Positions 49,369 to 62,220 of a stretch of DNA of 64,000 nucleotides are shown here, in pieces; the stretch's first letter is position 1, and each line of letters begins with the position of its first letter. The position numbers and the translations under genes were made by a program. Origin of the DNA: Octopus sinensis (lineage: Eukaryota); the NCBI RefSeq assembly GCF_006345805.1, contig NC_042998.1, forward strand, positions 101,432,001-101,496,000, in the 5' to 3' direction. The notes under the pieces were generated by a model. It was given only the letters and a program-made list of their open reading frames with translations. It had not been told where the DNA came from and searched no databases.

Positions 49369-50825
49369 CAAACATCAAAATAATGATAAATCGTGATGTG
49401 CGAAATAACGATGACTCGTAAAGGATGACGTACATGTTCATTGTCAATACGCTCCTGCTGATTCAAACGCGTATATACTAATCGCTGTAGTGTTTTATGT
49501 TTGGAGAACAAGTTCTCCTTTCAGACTAACGTGTATTCATAATACATACCATTCATTATGGTGAGGAGACTTTGAGTCATCTGGAGTTTCGACATCATTG
49601 TGTAATCTCGTCTAAAGCTACACCGGACTAATGAATGTATCAAGAGTTTTTGACTCTTGTTTATAAACCAGCAAACAAATTATTTGCCAGTTGATAATAA
49701 ATCGATATGCGCACGGAGAAAAGCGAGAGTCAGAAACCCAAAGAATCCTTACTCCGCCTCGGAACGAAGCGTTCCATTTGCAAAACTATAAATCAACTCT
49801 GACCGATGGATAACTTTATATAAACAGAGTTCCGAGGAGTAGAGACTGTGACTCTGATTGTAAAAAGTTAGAGAGAAGAAAGAGCGTGAGTTAGTGGTTA
49901 CTAGGTGACTGATACCTTTCTTTGAACTGTTATGTCTGGGAAGTCTGTATGTGTAGAGCATTACTCTCCCAAATATGTGAGCAGTTTTGCGGTTACCGTT
50001 GTTTGTTGTTGCTGATACCAGGCACCAATTCTGGTGGAGCAATCCATAATCAAAGGCTTTCAAGCCATCACCTTCTCGTTATTATTCCAGAGCCACATTA
50101 TTCAGAAAGTCTTTTATAATGCAGGAGGGTGTCATTTGAGGAAGATTTATTGTCTATTTCTAATAGTAATTTATTTTATCAATTTCGGAAGCGATGAAAA
50201 GCAGTCGACCTCTGTAGCCCGACGTGCTAACAATTCTGCCATCTCATTGCTTTAATGTGCTACTTATAATATTAAAAATATAATAATATATAATCTAAGT
50301 TAGGAATGAGAGTGATAAGTTGATAGTAACATGGTTTCAAACAAAAACTGCGTTATTTGTTCTGGCTTTTTACGTTCTGAGTTCAAATTCCTCGGAATTC
50401 AATTTTGTCGTTAACTAATCAACCAACATATTTCACAAAAGTTCTGGTTTTGTGTTTTATTAAAGTAAACTATGAAATGTGAATATTTTTTAGTCGAGGA
50501 ACTGTATATTCAAACAAGGAAAAACCGTATAATTGCGAAAGTTTTTTCTAAAGTATTGTAGAACAACTTTATTATAAGCATTTCACTTGAACTTCTAGAA
50601 ATAGCGACCAATTAACATGTATCAAACTTCACTAACTTAAATAAAAAAGGGCAGAACATTAGATAATGTAGCTGCAGATTTATACGAAAAAGTCAAGATA
50701 GTTATGGCTGGAATGGGTATTGTTTTGGTTGATTTAAAATTAAATAGCAGTAGCAGCGACAAGAATGACAATGTTGTGTTATATTACTGGTCAACACCAT
50801 TGTTGTTGTGCTGTTATTCTGTTGA

Positions 50826-51140
50826 AAGCGCGTGCCTTAGTATTTAGGGTATTCAGCTCACGAACTCAAGGTCATGAGTTCGATTCCCGGTGGTGCGTTG
50901 TGTCCTTGAGCAAGACACTTTATTTCACATTGCTCCAGGTCATTCAGCTGGCAAAATGAGTTGTATCTGTAATTCGAAACGCCATCCTGCCGCTTCTGTG
51001 TCATGCTGAATCTCCCCCAGAACTGTGCTGAGGGTAGGCGTGTCTATAGAGTGCTCAGCCACTTGCATGTTAACTTTCCGAGTAGGGTGTTCCGTTGGTT
51101 GAATTAAGTGGAATCCTCGTCGTCGTCACAGACGGAAAAC
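50826..51140 (+). mobile_element. SINE family C-like
   Basis: GAGTTCGATTCCC B box followed by TGTGTCCTTGAGCAAGACACTTTATTTCACATTGCTCCAG. Confidence 0.8.
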
Positions 51141-51875
51141 CAAAGAATCATTTGAAACAATTGGTATTTCTCTCTTGCAATGGCTTCTTCCTTCTTCTGA
51201 CATAAGGTAAAAAACTAAAACATTGAATTTATCCTACGAAGCTTGACTATGGTTCAAGTAAGGCCTAAGGTGGTAATTGTTATATGAACAAACGAACTGA
51301 AAATCGCAATCTTTATCAATGCAAATAGTACCAATAGCAAATAATTATTGCTGTACGTATAGTGCTTAAAGTATCTCAGTATAGTATTATATTTCGATAT
51401 TGTAAATCTATATGACACAGCACTATGCTACAAAATAGTTTGTGCCATACCAGATTATCTCAAAGCAATGAAAGGTAGACTTTCTTCTTTGAATCAAGTA
51501 GGAAAAAAATCAATATCTAAAATCCTCAATAACAAAGAAATATCACACACACATATGCACGACCAAATGCCATACAATGGAATAATGTTAAAGATGCTTT
51601 AGGTTACAGTCAGACGGGAGCAAAGTAAAACATCCGTATGAGTGTTGTTTGTCTGGAAGGCATTCTGTTGCATTTCAATTGTAAGATATTGAAATTCATT
51701 TGTTGAGAATAATGTGGAAGATATGCGAATTCAGTAGTTGGAATGAGTAGAATAAAATCTTTAAAGTAGCAGCGTAAAATTAGATGAATATTCTAAAAAA
51801 AAGTATTTTGCTGTTCTTTTGGTTTTGTCATGACTTCTCAAACTTGACACCGAATCTCTAAGTACTCACTTGAGC

Positions 51876-51960
51876 TGCTAGAAATAGCAACCAAATCTTA
51901 CTCAAATTACAATCACGCAGTGATTGAAATTTGAGTGAGATTTGGCTGCTATTTCTAGCA
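51876..51960. repeat. Hairpin palindrome, 41-bp arms, 3-nt loop
   Basis: TGCTAGAAATAGCAACCAAATCTTACTCAAATTACAATCAC-GCA-GTGATTGAAATTTGAGTGAGATTTGGCTGCTATTTCTAGCA; 3 mismatches. Confidence 0.9.
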
Positions 51961-53476
51961 TGAAATTAATTGAAATAAACCGGTACTGACAGGATGTCAT
52001 ATACAAAAAGTGGTACTGACATTGACGAAATGCGTTTAACCGTTAGTCCACTTAATATCGATGACAAGGTATTGAATAACAAACTACAAAAACATACCAG
52101 AGTCATTTGAATTGCGAGTGTTCAGAAACGGAGCTAGGTAATTTTGTGTAGTTAGTAAAATCGTGCACTGAATTACACTGGTAGCCTCTTGTCACTCTCA
52201 CTGTTGGAAATTCATTGGTTCGTTGAGTGACCTGTTTGGAAATCTTGAACTAACAACCTTGTTGTCCACAAATTATGTTATATAAAATGTCTGTATAACG
52301 TCTGAAACACGCGTAAGTGTAGCTACTTAACAATAAGTGTTTAGTAATATATTCTGCCTATCACTTGTCGACTAAAATGGTGAGGTAGAAGACAACGATT
52401 GAGAAAATACGTTAAACGTAGTTTTGTTTGTGCATGTACAGAGTTTGAATTGAAGTGGACAGCAACGGTTATGAATTAACTGCAGATGTATTACTTCTAC
52501 AGCAATCTTAGTTGAGGAAAACTAAGAACTATGAGTGAAAACAATTTTGAAAATTTACAGAAGTTCTCTTGGTAGCATTTTAGTAGTCGTGCGATTCACA
52601 ATGACAGGGTTTCTTGTTGTAGGCACTGTCCTTTAACTTTATTTCTTGCAGTGGCACTGAGTGCGAACTAAAAAGAAGTTTTGGGGTTGTAGGTCTTTCT
52701 AGCACGAGGAATGCAAAGCTACAAATCAAAGTGGACAAGATTGCTTCACACTTGGTGCATTTTTTCTGTTAAATGAGGTGGGCGTAAAATACATTTATCA
52801 CTAAAAGTAGTTTCTTTCTAAAATATTAATCCATTATCTATCCTGATAACATGTAACGCAAATGAACTTTTTCTGTTTTCAGTGTGAAATCTATACCTAT
52901 ATGAGTAAAGGATTAAAACATCCCAAATCACGCATAGGTATCCCTGCGATTTTAATAGTCAAATTTAAAATCAGAACGATGGAATTTGAAATCAAAATAT
53001 ATTGTTCTATAGCAAAATACTTACTGTTAATCTACCGTTTAGCAATTTCTGTTTCCTGACAACTTCTTTCTTTGAAGTTTATTTTAATTTAGAATTTTAC
53101 GTACTAATGATCAATAGTTTAAAACCAATAAATGCACAGACATAATTGTGTAATTCGTATAAATGCTAAAGCATACCTTATCACTTATTTCGCTTTGTAT
53201 TAGATATCATTGAAAAGAATCTGCAATAATTCGTTGAAAAACGTAAACTTTAGATAATACTGTTTTCATTTGGCAGACGCCATATGAAAATTTCCTATTC
53301 ATTAATGAAATATGATTACTTGTTCAATGTAAATAGTCTAATAGATAAAGTCACACTTATTGAGCTTATAGATTCCTATCTCAGATATTATCCTGTTAAA
53401 TTGTTTAAAATAACGCCGAAGATAATATCTGTAGGGGTAGGCAAAGTAATAAAAGTTGCTTAATGTTTCGATAAAC

Positions 53477-53531
<55 letters not shown>

Positions 53532-53543
53532 TATATATATTAT

Positions 53544-54059
53544 ATCGTGACGTATTTTTGCCATTTCAATATGGCTAATCCCTAAGGGTGGATGCTACTG
53601 TAGTTTTTAGCCCCAGGAGGACACACTCCTCCAGCTGGCCATAGACACACTATCTGTGTCCTGTCAGTATTTGCAAAGGGAAGTCATCCTTCCCGTCTTC
53701 AACTTATGATACACACGGACTCGAGTTTCGAGGTATTGACCTCTCGTCAGCGTGTGACAATCATAGTTGTCGCCGAGAATTAGATTTCCTTCACAAATAC
53801 TTATACTTTTTCCAGCGTCCACTGTCGCTGATATTGAAAAAGTGAAATCAAACAATGATAAATATCAAAGTGAGTTATATACAGTAGCGGTAACACATCG
53901 TGACGTATTTTTGCCATTTCAATATTGCTAACCCCTAAGGGTGGATGCTACTGTAGTTTTTAGCCCCAGGAGGACACACTCCTCCAGCTAGCCATAGACA
54001 CACTATCTGTGTCCTGTCAGTATTTGCAAAGGGAAGTCATCCTTCCGTCTTCAACTTAT
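53544..54059 (-). mobile_element. Retrozyme-like non-coding element: ~1.45 tandem units of a ~353-bp monomer with a central HHR, embedded in (TA)n
   Basis: Direct repeats at 53544-53707 and 53897-54059 (3 substitutions and 1 indel). Canonical HHR at 53712-53756. No coding capacity. TA tracts on both sides. Confidence 0.85.
53712..53756 (-). ncRNA. Canonical minimal type I hammerhead ribozyme
   Basis: Minus strand reads CACACG-CTGACGA-GAGG-TCAATA-CCTC-GAAAC-TCGA-GTC^CGTGTG: perfect 6-bp stem I, 4-bp stem II, complete core, palindromic stem III loop, GUC triplet. Confidence 0.93.
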
Positions 54060-54076
54060 ATTATATATATATACAT

Positions 54077-54144
<68 letters not shown>

Positions 54145-55904
54145 TACATACATATATATATATATATTTAGACACGCGCACACATTTATTGATTACTATG
54201 TCCTAAACGCATTTTACACAATGTTATAAAAAAAGGAGGGGTGAGGGAAAAGTCATGTGTGTGTGTGTGGTGTGTTTGTGTAAAATGAAAGGGCGAGCAG
54301 CTTAAACAAACTATAATAAAGTGAGTTATGAAATTAGTACGTGATTCTACAAGCACCTATCACTCCAAAACATCTTTTCCCTGTTTATATTGAGAGGCGA
54401 AAGATGCCACATCCCCTGGGCCACATTCATTTTGATATCTTTTGATTTATGTCGGTGAGGTTTTCACCAGAAGGCAATCATTTAGTGGTCCTGTAATTTC
54501 AAACCATTTTCCTCTAACTAGTATTGTAGTATTCACGACGAATCACAAACGAAATTGGGCGAACTCTGAGTATTTCGTTTTAAAATTACAGAAAGACAGA
54601 CTTATGATCAATATCTTGGAAGAAGTCTAAATGATTGCAAGTAGTTGGCGTGGCAGCAACGTCAAAAACGTGAGTATTTCATGTCACTAGGAATAGATAT
54701 GGTAGCCACCAGTGAGATCAGAAGTTAAGACAAATAGTCATTTGCGCTTTTCTTCGAAAATCGCAAGATCTAGGGATCCCTCAGTCAGTCAGCATGATGC
54801 TATATATATCATCATTATTTCGGAAAGGCATGAGTTTCGAGAAATCGAAAATTGTCAGAAAATTGGTTGTGAATAGTAACAAAGACCGTGTCTTTGAAAT
54901 TGCGAATGTTTATGTATCTGCCGTGTGTTGGTGGGAAACTTTTTCATGCTTCTAAAAGCCTATTTAGGAACGGCTCACTCGCTGGTGTTAGTGGGCGATT
55001 GAACTTGCATGTTAGACGGATAAACGTAATATGTTAGCGTAAATTGAGGCAGAAAAGATATGAGGTGTAAAAGTACTACAAATGTGCTCAGGCTGTTACA
55101 ACTACCTGACAGGTACCTATTTTGTCCTGAATGGGACGATATGGATTGGATAACTACTCTCTTTTCTCTCTTTCTTTCTTTCGTTTCTTCTTTCTATGCT
55201 TGTGAGTGTATGCGAGTGTAAGCATGTGTGTACTTTATGTGTATATATCCCTTTGTATATGTGCGCGTGTGTGTATGTAGGAGAGAAAATTGAAAGATAG
55301 AGAAAGAGAGAGGCAAAGAGAGGGTGTGTTTGAGGGAGAGTGAGAGAAAGGGAAAGAGAAGGAGAAAGAATGAGAGAAAGAAAGAGAAAAGAGAGAGAGG
55401 GAGATGATAGGAAGATGGCAGGCGAAAGATTATGAAAAAATGATTGCTATGAGTGTGAGTGGTGCTACTACACTTCGTATTGGGGTTTATCCCCACTGCT
55501 AGCTATTTGTCTGAAGGACTGCACATTTTCATCTACTTTCAGAATTCAAAACAGTTCTAGAAAATCCCTTAATATGTTGAAATTGGCACCAAGGTTTTAA
55601 GTCTTATTTAAAGGTCAATGAAAATCTAAATACAATTAACCTAGGGCAAAAAGATGCAAATTGCTAGGTATTAATGTTGTTCAATTATATTTCACAGTTT
55701 CTAAATTTACACATCAAATCAAAAGTTGAACCCTACCGAATTTGTATTTCTATATAAGAGTGCCCTTTGTGACTTAGCCTGAAGTGGTTTTCGGAATAAA
55801 ATGAAAATTAATGTGAATTCACATTAATTTTTATCGTATTCCCAAAATACATACACACACGCATGAGCGCGCGCACACACATATATACGCATACACTTAT
55901 ATAT

Positions 55905-56690
55905 CCCAGTCAAGGGATATGAAGGTGGACCTAGGGGAGAGACTGCAGTTTCCGCAAGTCGTCCATAGAAACCTTAAGCCAGATGTCGTTCTGTGGTCTG
56001 AAAGGACGAAGAAAATAATCTTGATCGATCTTACAGTCCCGTGGGAAGAATGGTGATATGAGGCCTACGAATTAAAGCGTACCAAGTACGAGAAGCCTCT
56101 GCAGGAAATTGGTTTTAGTCAGTCGGTATGGAGTTTGCTTATTTAAAGGTCAATGAAAATCTAAATACAAAGTAAGGCGGCGAGCTGGCAGAAAGGTTAG
56201 CACACCGGGCGAAATGCTGAGCAGTATTTCGTCTGCCGTTACGTTCTGAGTTCAAATTCCACCGAGGTCGACTTTGCCTTTCATCCTTTCGGGGTCGATA
56301 AATTAAGTACCAGTTACGCACTGGGGTCGATGTAATCGACTTAATTCGTTTGTCTGTCCCTGTTTGTCCTCTCTGTGTTTAGCCTCTTGTGGGTAGTAAA
56401 GAAATAGGTATGGAGGATGCTTACAACCATTGGAATGAGAAGAAAGTGTGGCTGTGCGCAATATGGGAGAGGCAATAGAAAAAAGCCTCTTGCTGGTTAT
56501 GGTGCAAGAAAGAATAGTTAAGCTGGAAGCCAGGAGGAGATGAGGAGCAGTCATCAGGCCACCTCTGCTCCTTCATCAACGGGTGGGTGTTACGGTTCAG
56601 GTTCGGAACACACAATGACCGTTGAATACCGTGTGATGACATCAGTCCCTCCTGGTCAAAGCTCCATTCACTTTGGTGAGTAGATAAGAC
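55905..56690 (+). mobile_element. 3' remnant of an RLE-type (HERO/R2-superfamily) non-LTR retrotransposon, split by a SINE
   Basis: My translation gives MKVDLGERLQFPQVVHRNLKPDVVLWSERTKKIILIDLTVPWEE..KRTKY (PD-(D/E)xK restriction-like endonuclease). After the SINE it continues QSVWRMLTTIG..AVRNMGEAIEKASCWLWCK. The 3' boundary is approximate. Confidence 0.8.
56174..56406 (+). mobile_element. SINE family A, well preserved, within a 9-bp TSD GGTATGGAG (56125-56133 / 56407-56415)
   Basis: AAGGCGGCGAGCTGGCAGAAAGGTTAGCAC..GAGTTCAAATTCC..GGGGTCGATAAATTAAGTACC. Removing the insert restores the RLE-element reading frame. Confidence 0.92.
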
Positions 56691-56863
56691 GCACCTTTTT
56701 CAATGTGTTATGGACATATATAAATGCATGTAGTGCGAAATCAATGGGTTTACATTCATATTTAACGAAGAATGAACTTTTGTAATATTGAAACTTACTT
56801 CAGATCTGAGATTTACTTTGTGTTGTACATACAGAAGTAACTCTCTCTCTCTCTCTCTCGCAT

Positions 56864-56916
<53 letters not shown>

Positions 56917-58442
56917 TACATACACACAGAGCAACAATAAAAATGTCAATAATGATTCCTATGAATAAAGGGCTATCGTAAACTGCTGAACTATCTCACA
57001 AAACTTTCTTTTCGTAAGCGTCAATTTGCACATTGTTAGATTTTTATTTTCGAATGACTGACAATACTGATAATGCAAATAAGTACCAGTTACCAGTAAC
57101 ACAGTGCAGGCGATTACATACACTCCTTGTAAAAGAACAGATCTCCTTTGTTACTTGCCTTTCCTCTGAAAATATATTTCTGCTGACCTGCTGAATGTGC
57201 CTTACAAATTTAAGCCACATTTCATAAAGGAACTGCAGTTGGATCTAATTCGACATGTTTTAATTACAGTTTAGGGAGAAATCATTTACATTTTGTAAAT
57301 GTACTTGTGTTGGTTTCTTAAAATATTTGGCCCAAGCGAAATTTTTGAGAATACTTGCATTAAAAGGAGACATCAGATTTTTAGCTTCTGATAACTGTCA
57401 GTTAAATGAAGGCATTGTGTCTTCGTAACGGATATTAACGTCGGGATGGAATGCTGTCCTCTACCATGGTCGTGACAGTGTTAACTAATATGAACTAAAG
57501 AATTCACTACATTACGTGTGTTCCATTCACACAATGCTCCGTTCTAATGCTGATCAGTTTAGGTTTGGGAGCTATTTGTCTTGCCTTTCTTGGACAAGAA
57601 ATGCTAACGTTCCATTTTTTCCTTATAGGCACAAGTTCAGTTGATTACTTCAATATACTAACCGCCAAGGAAATAGAAATAAACGTACTCACTATTCGAA
57701 GTCTTAATAGTTGGTAAATAGTAAGAATGTTGGGAACTGTATAAACATCTGCTTTGGCATAACCTTTTGTTTCATTCGCCTCTAAAAATATCTTATTTCC
57801 AACTAATCAACATTTTACACTATTGTTTTATTCAATATCATTTGGTGAAATTGAATTGACATTCGTAGCGTTCTTTTAATAGATCAGACTACTGCAGTGT
57901 TGGAATAAATAAATATGGACAGGGATGCAAAGAAAAAAAATCTTCATGTGGGGAAATCAAAAAGTTTCCTTATTATAACTTTTGCTGAGTTCTAATGTAT
58001 ATAGTCTCTATACCAAATACCCCTTATAACTGAAAGTTCTGTTTGAAATATAGTGTTTCTCAAATTCGCAGTCAAAACAAAACTGAAATAAATTGTTGCC
58101 AGAAAAATATAAATTGCTATGAAACAGCGTCTGATATTACTTGGTATCGCCTACGTGGTTGAAGGGAAAATGTGAGTTAAAACGGAACATAAAACTATAT
58201 ATCACTGAAACGAAATATATAAAAAATGTAAAGTATGTTCGTCAAACTTTCTTGTTTCAATAATTCTTTTTTGTGTTTAACTTTTATATTTTCATCTACG
58301 TTTATTATAAAATCTGTACTGTCTGGGACTTCAAATTTTCGCTGACGGCTTAATCTGTCTGTCATATTGAATAAGCCTCTTGGTGAAACTACAGATCTCA
58401 GTCACCTGAGACCTTTTAATAAATTTGACTCAACTCTCAGTA

Positions 58443-58672
58443 TTAAAAAAAAGGTAAAGTTACCTTCTCGAGTGATACTGACTCATAAGGGCCGGTTTCC
58501 CAGTTGCCATGTCGATTATATTCCCCGCCTGGACGGGACACCTGTCCTTCGCAGGATTACTTATTTTTGCCAGCTGAGCAACGTAAAATGAAATGTTTTG
58601 CTGAAGAACACAACCCGTCGCCCGGTCCAGGGATTGAAACCACAATCTTACGATCGCGAGTCCAGCCCTTCG
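58443..58672 (-). mobile_element. SINE family C-like
   Basis: TTTTGCCAGCTGAG..GAAATGTTTTGCTGAAGAACACAAC..CCCGGTCCAGGGATTGAAACC is the reverse complement of a tRNA head plus the family C body. Confidence 0.72.
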
Positions 58673-58727
58673 GTATTGAATCACGTCGGTAGTACATTAT
58701 TCTTAAAATAATATACAATAATGATTT

Positions 58728-58949
58728 TAAATTTTGGCACAAAGCCAGCCTTTTCGGTTGAGGTAGTAAGTGGATTACATCGACCCCACCCCACACCCAG
58801 TGCTCAACTGGTACTTATTTTATTGACCATGAAAAAAATGAAAGCTAAAGTCGACCTCGGTGTAATTTGAACTCAGGACGTAAAGACGGACGAAATGCGG
58901 CTAAGCATTTTGCTCGGTATGCTATCGATTCTGTCATTTGGTCGCCTTA
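58728..58949 (-). mobile_element. SINE family A
   Basis: GATTACATCGACCCC..AAAGTCGACCTCGG..TTTGAACTCAGGACGTAAAGACGGACGAAAT. Confidence 0.82.
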
Positions 58950-59822
58950 AAATAACTTTACAATAATAACCGTAAGTTAAGATTTTCTTTCGCTTTTATG
59001 GTTTAGTTACGGAGAAGGGAGAGTGTCCATGATCTCTGAAGACCCTTCATGAATTAGCTAGTTCGATTTTTTGTTTGTTTGAATGACTGTAACGCAACGC
59101 ATCAGTGGGGCGGGAGTTTCAGGAGATTGACGCATTGATAAGCAAGGATTAGGCAAAGTGGCTGGTGTAAACTTTCTGAGATGGTGAAACAAAGTATGAA
59201 CGAAAGGTAGAGCAAAGACGAAATTGGTGGTGAGCCATGGTAGAAAAAGTAGCTAACGAGGTAGGTCATGGGAAACTAAATTATCTAGTTATAAAGATCG
59301 ACCATGAGATTAAACACGTGTTTCATTAGAAACAATACCAGTACAGTTACGAAGTCTGTTTGAGATATGGACTTAGCCTGATAATGAGTATTGCTCTTAT
59401 GTTACTGTTCTTTTTGTTGTTACTCTGCTGTTGCCGTTGATATTGTTTAGCCCCAGGTGTATTTGGATGAGCGGAATTATGCTAAAAAGCATTGAAACTG
59501 TAATCACTTTGTCTGTTAACCAAACAGAATATCTAGTACTGCACTGATGTGTTCTTTTTTGTGCATAATGCAGGCAAAAGATTTGAAGCAATATAAATGT
59601 ATTGTAACTTTCACTAATGAAACGAAAATAATAATGGAAACTTAGTTCAAAGAGAGAAATAAATTCTTTATTTATCTTCGGCTAATTGCAATGAATTATA
59701 TCAAGAGAAATATTGATTATATGATTACTTTTTAATGAAATGCATTCTTAATTCAATATCTAATAACATTTTTTGTATGTGTGTGTGTGTGTATGTGAGG
59801 GAGAGAGAGAGAGAGAAAGAGA

Positions 59823-59888
<66 letters not shown>

Positions 59889-60059
59889 AAGAAGGTTGAA
59901 ATGTACTTTAGAGTAATAATATGCTAGAAGAAAAATATATGTGCGTGTGTAGATGTTTGTGTTATATATATGTGTGTGTGTATGCGTTTTTGTTTTATAT
60001 TTATATGAGTGTGTGTGTGTGTGCCTCTCTGTGTCTGTTTGTGTTTGTGATATATATAT

Positions 60060-62220
60060 TGGTTGGCATCCTTTTTGTCTCGGGAGACAATGGAGTTGCG
60101 CATAAAGTAGTCTAGTCCGGCTTTTACATTTCATGTCCTGATACATTTCCTGCTGTGGCTGTGTAGTCCTATCCTGGACAAACACTCCCTCTGGCAGGTA
60201 CCGCAAATGTAGCGAAGACTGTTCATGGCTGGTTGTAATGCCATAGTTTCTTGTTGACGTCTTTTCTTGTCTTTCCATTTCTCCTCTCTCTCTCTGTCAC
60301 TCCTTTGTATTCCCTCTCTTACGGTACGTCGCCAGTCTCCACGGTTGCCGGCAACAGCCTCCCAACCGCTAATATTGATGTTGCAGGCCTTCATGTCCTT
60401 TTTGCAAACATCCTTGTAACGTAAGAGCGGTCTACCCACAGACCTAGTACCCCTAGCAAACTCTCCGTAGAGTATGTCCTTGGGAATTCTGCCATCTTCC
60501 ATACGGCTAACATGCCCAAGCCATCTCATACGTCTTTGTGTGAGGAGTGCAAACATGCTTGGTATTCCTGCTTGCCTGAGGACATCTTTGTTGGTTCTGC
60601 CATTTGATGCGGAGGATTTTCTGGGGCAGCCCAGTTGAAAGATGTTTAGGCGACGCTCTTGGCGTGTGTATAGCGTCCAAGTCTCACTTCCATACAGTAG
60701 AGTGCTAAGTACACATGCCTGGTAGATCTTCATTTTCGTGGTCTTGGTCAGCTTATTGTTGTCCCAAGCCCGTTTGGAGAGTTGGGCCATCGCAGCAGCT
60801 GCCTTGCCAATGCGTATATTGAGCTCAGCATCGAGGGATAGGTTGTAGGTGACGGTAGAGCCCAGATAGGTAAACTTCTCCACCTCTTGTAATCTGTGGT
60901 CTCCAATACGTATGTTTGGGATGTCCGATGTAGCCTGACCCATGATGTTGGTCTTCTTAAGGCTGATAGCTAAGCCAAAGTTAATGAGCCTTTGGAGGGC
61001 TTCTGTGTGTGATACCAGAGCGGCATCATCAGCAAATAGCATCTCCTTGATCAGGACGTTTCTGATTTTGGTCTTGGCACGCAGGCGCGAGATATTGAAC
61101 AGTTTCCCGTCACTTCTACTGTGCAGAAACACTCCATCATCTGATGTCTGAAAGGCATGTGAGAGTAAGAGCGAGAAGAAGATGCCAAACAATGTAGGAG
61201 CGAGGACACAACCTTGCTTTACCCCGTTTTTTATTTGGAAGGCGGCTGATGTTGAACCGTTGTGCTGTATGGTGCCTTGCATGTCTTCATGTAAAGACTT
61301 GATGATCCTCAGCAGCTTTGGTGGGCATCCGATTTCTTGGAGCAGGATGAAGAGGCCTGTTCTGCTTACCGAGTCAAAGGCCTTTGTTAGATCAATGAAG
61401 GCCATATATAATGGCATTCTCTGCTCTCTGGACTTCTCCTGAAGTTGGCGTATGGAGAATATCATATCGATAGTTGATCTGCTTCTTCTATAGCCACACT
61501 GCGATTCCGGATAGATTCGAGAAGCAAGTAGTTGTAGCCTGGCCAGTGCTTAGAAGAGATATTCGACGGTAATTGTTACAATCACCACGTTCACCTTTGT
61601 TTTTGTAAAGCGTAATGATGTTAGCATCCCGCATATCCTGAGGGACTGTACCCTCTTCCCAGCACTGACACAGAAGCTCATGAAGGTGCCGAAGCAGGAT
61701 GGTGTTTTTGCCGGCTTTGATGATCTCTGAGGGGATGCCGTCTTTTCCCCGAGCCTTGTTTCTTGCTAGGGAGTCAACAGCCTTGATGAGCTCTGCTATA
61801 GATGGCGGACTGTCAAGTTCGCACATGACTGGCAAGATCTTGACACTCTCGACTGCAGCCTCAGCCACTGTAGTCTCCCGTGAGTAGAGATCCTGGTAGT
61901 GCTCCACCCATCTATCCATTTGCTTGCTTTGATCCCTGATGAGATCTCCAGTAGTTGATTTCAGAGGGGCTGACTTGGTTGCGGATGGACCGAGGGCCTT
62001 CTTCAAACCGGCATACATCCCACGGGTGTCGCCACTGTCAGCAGCTGACTGGATACTCTGACAGATTTCCTGCCAGTACCTATTTGCACAGCGTCTGGCT
62101 GTCAGTTGCGTTTTATTTCGTGCCTTTCTGAGTTCTTCGAGTGACTTTGTAGAAGAGTCACTCTTGTATTGCATCAGAGCTGCACGCTTTGCTTCGATAA
62201 CTGGCTCCAGCTCTGAACTT
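60060..62220 (-). mobile_element. 5'-truncated, decayed RTE-clade LINE (second subfamily)
   Basis: ORF pieces at 61488-62252 and 60131-61465 with FIDLTKAFDSV, GVKQGCVLAPTLF, LFADD and CGTC..RIGLHSH. A deletion-frameshift lies near 61550 and there are further small deletions. The APE domain is absent. Confidence 0.92.
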
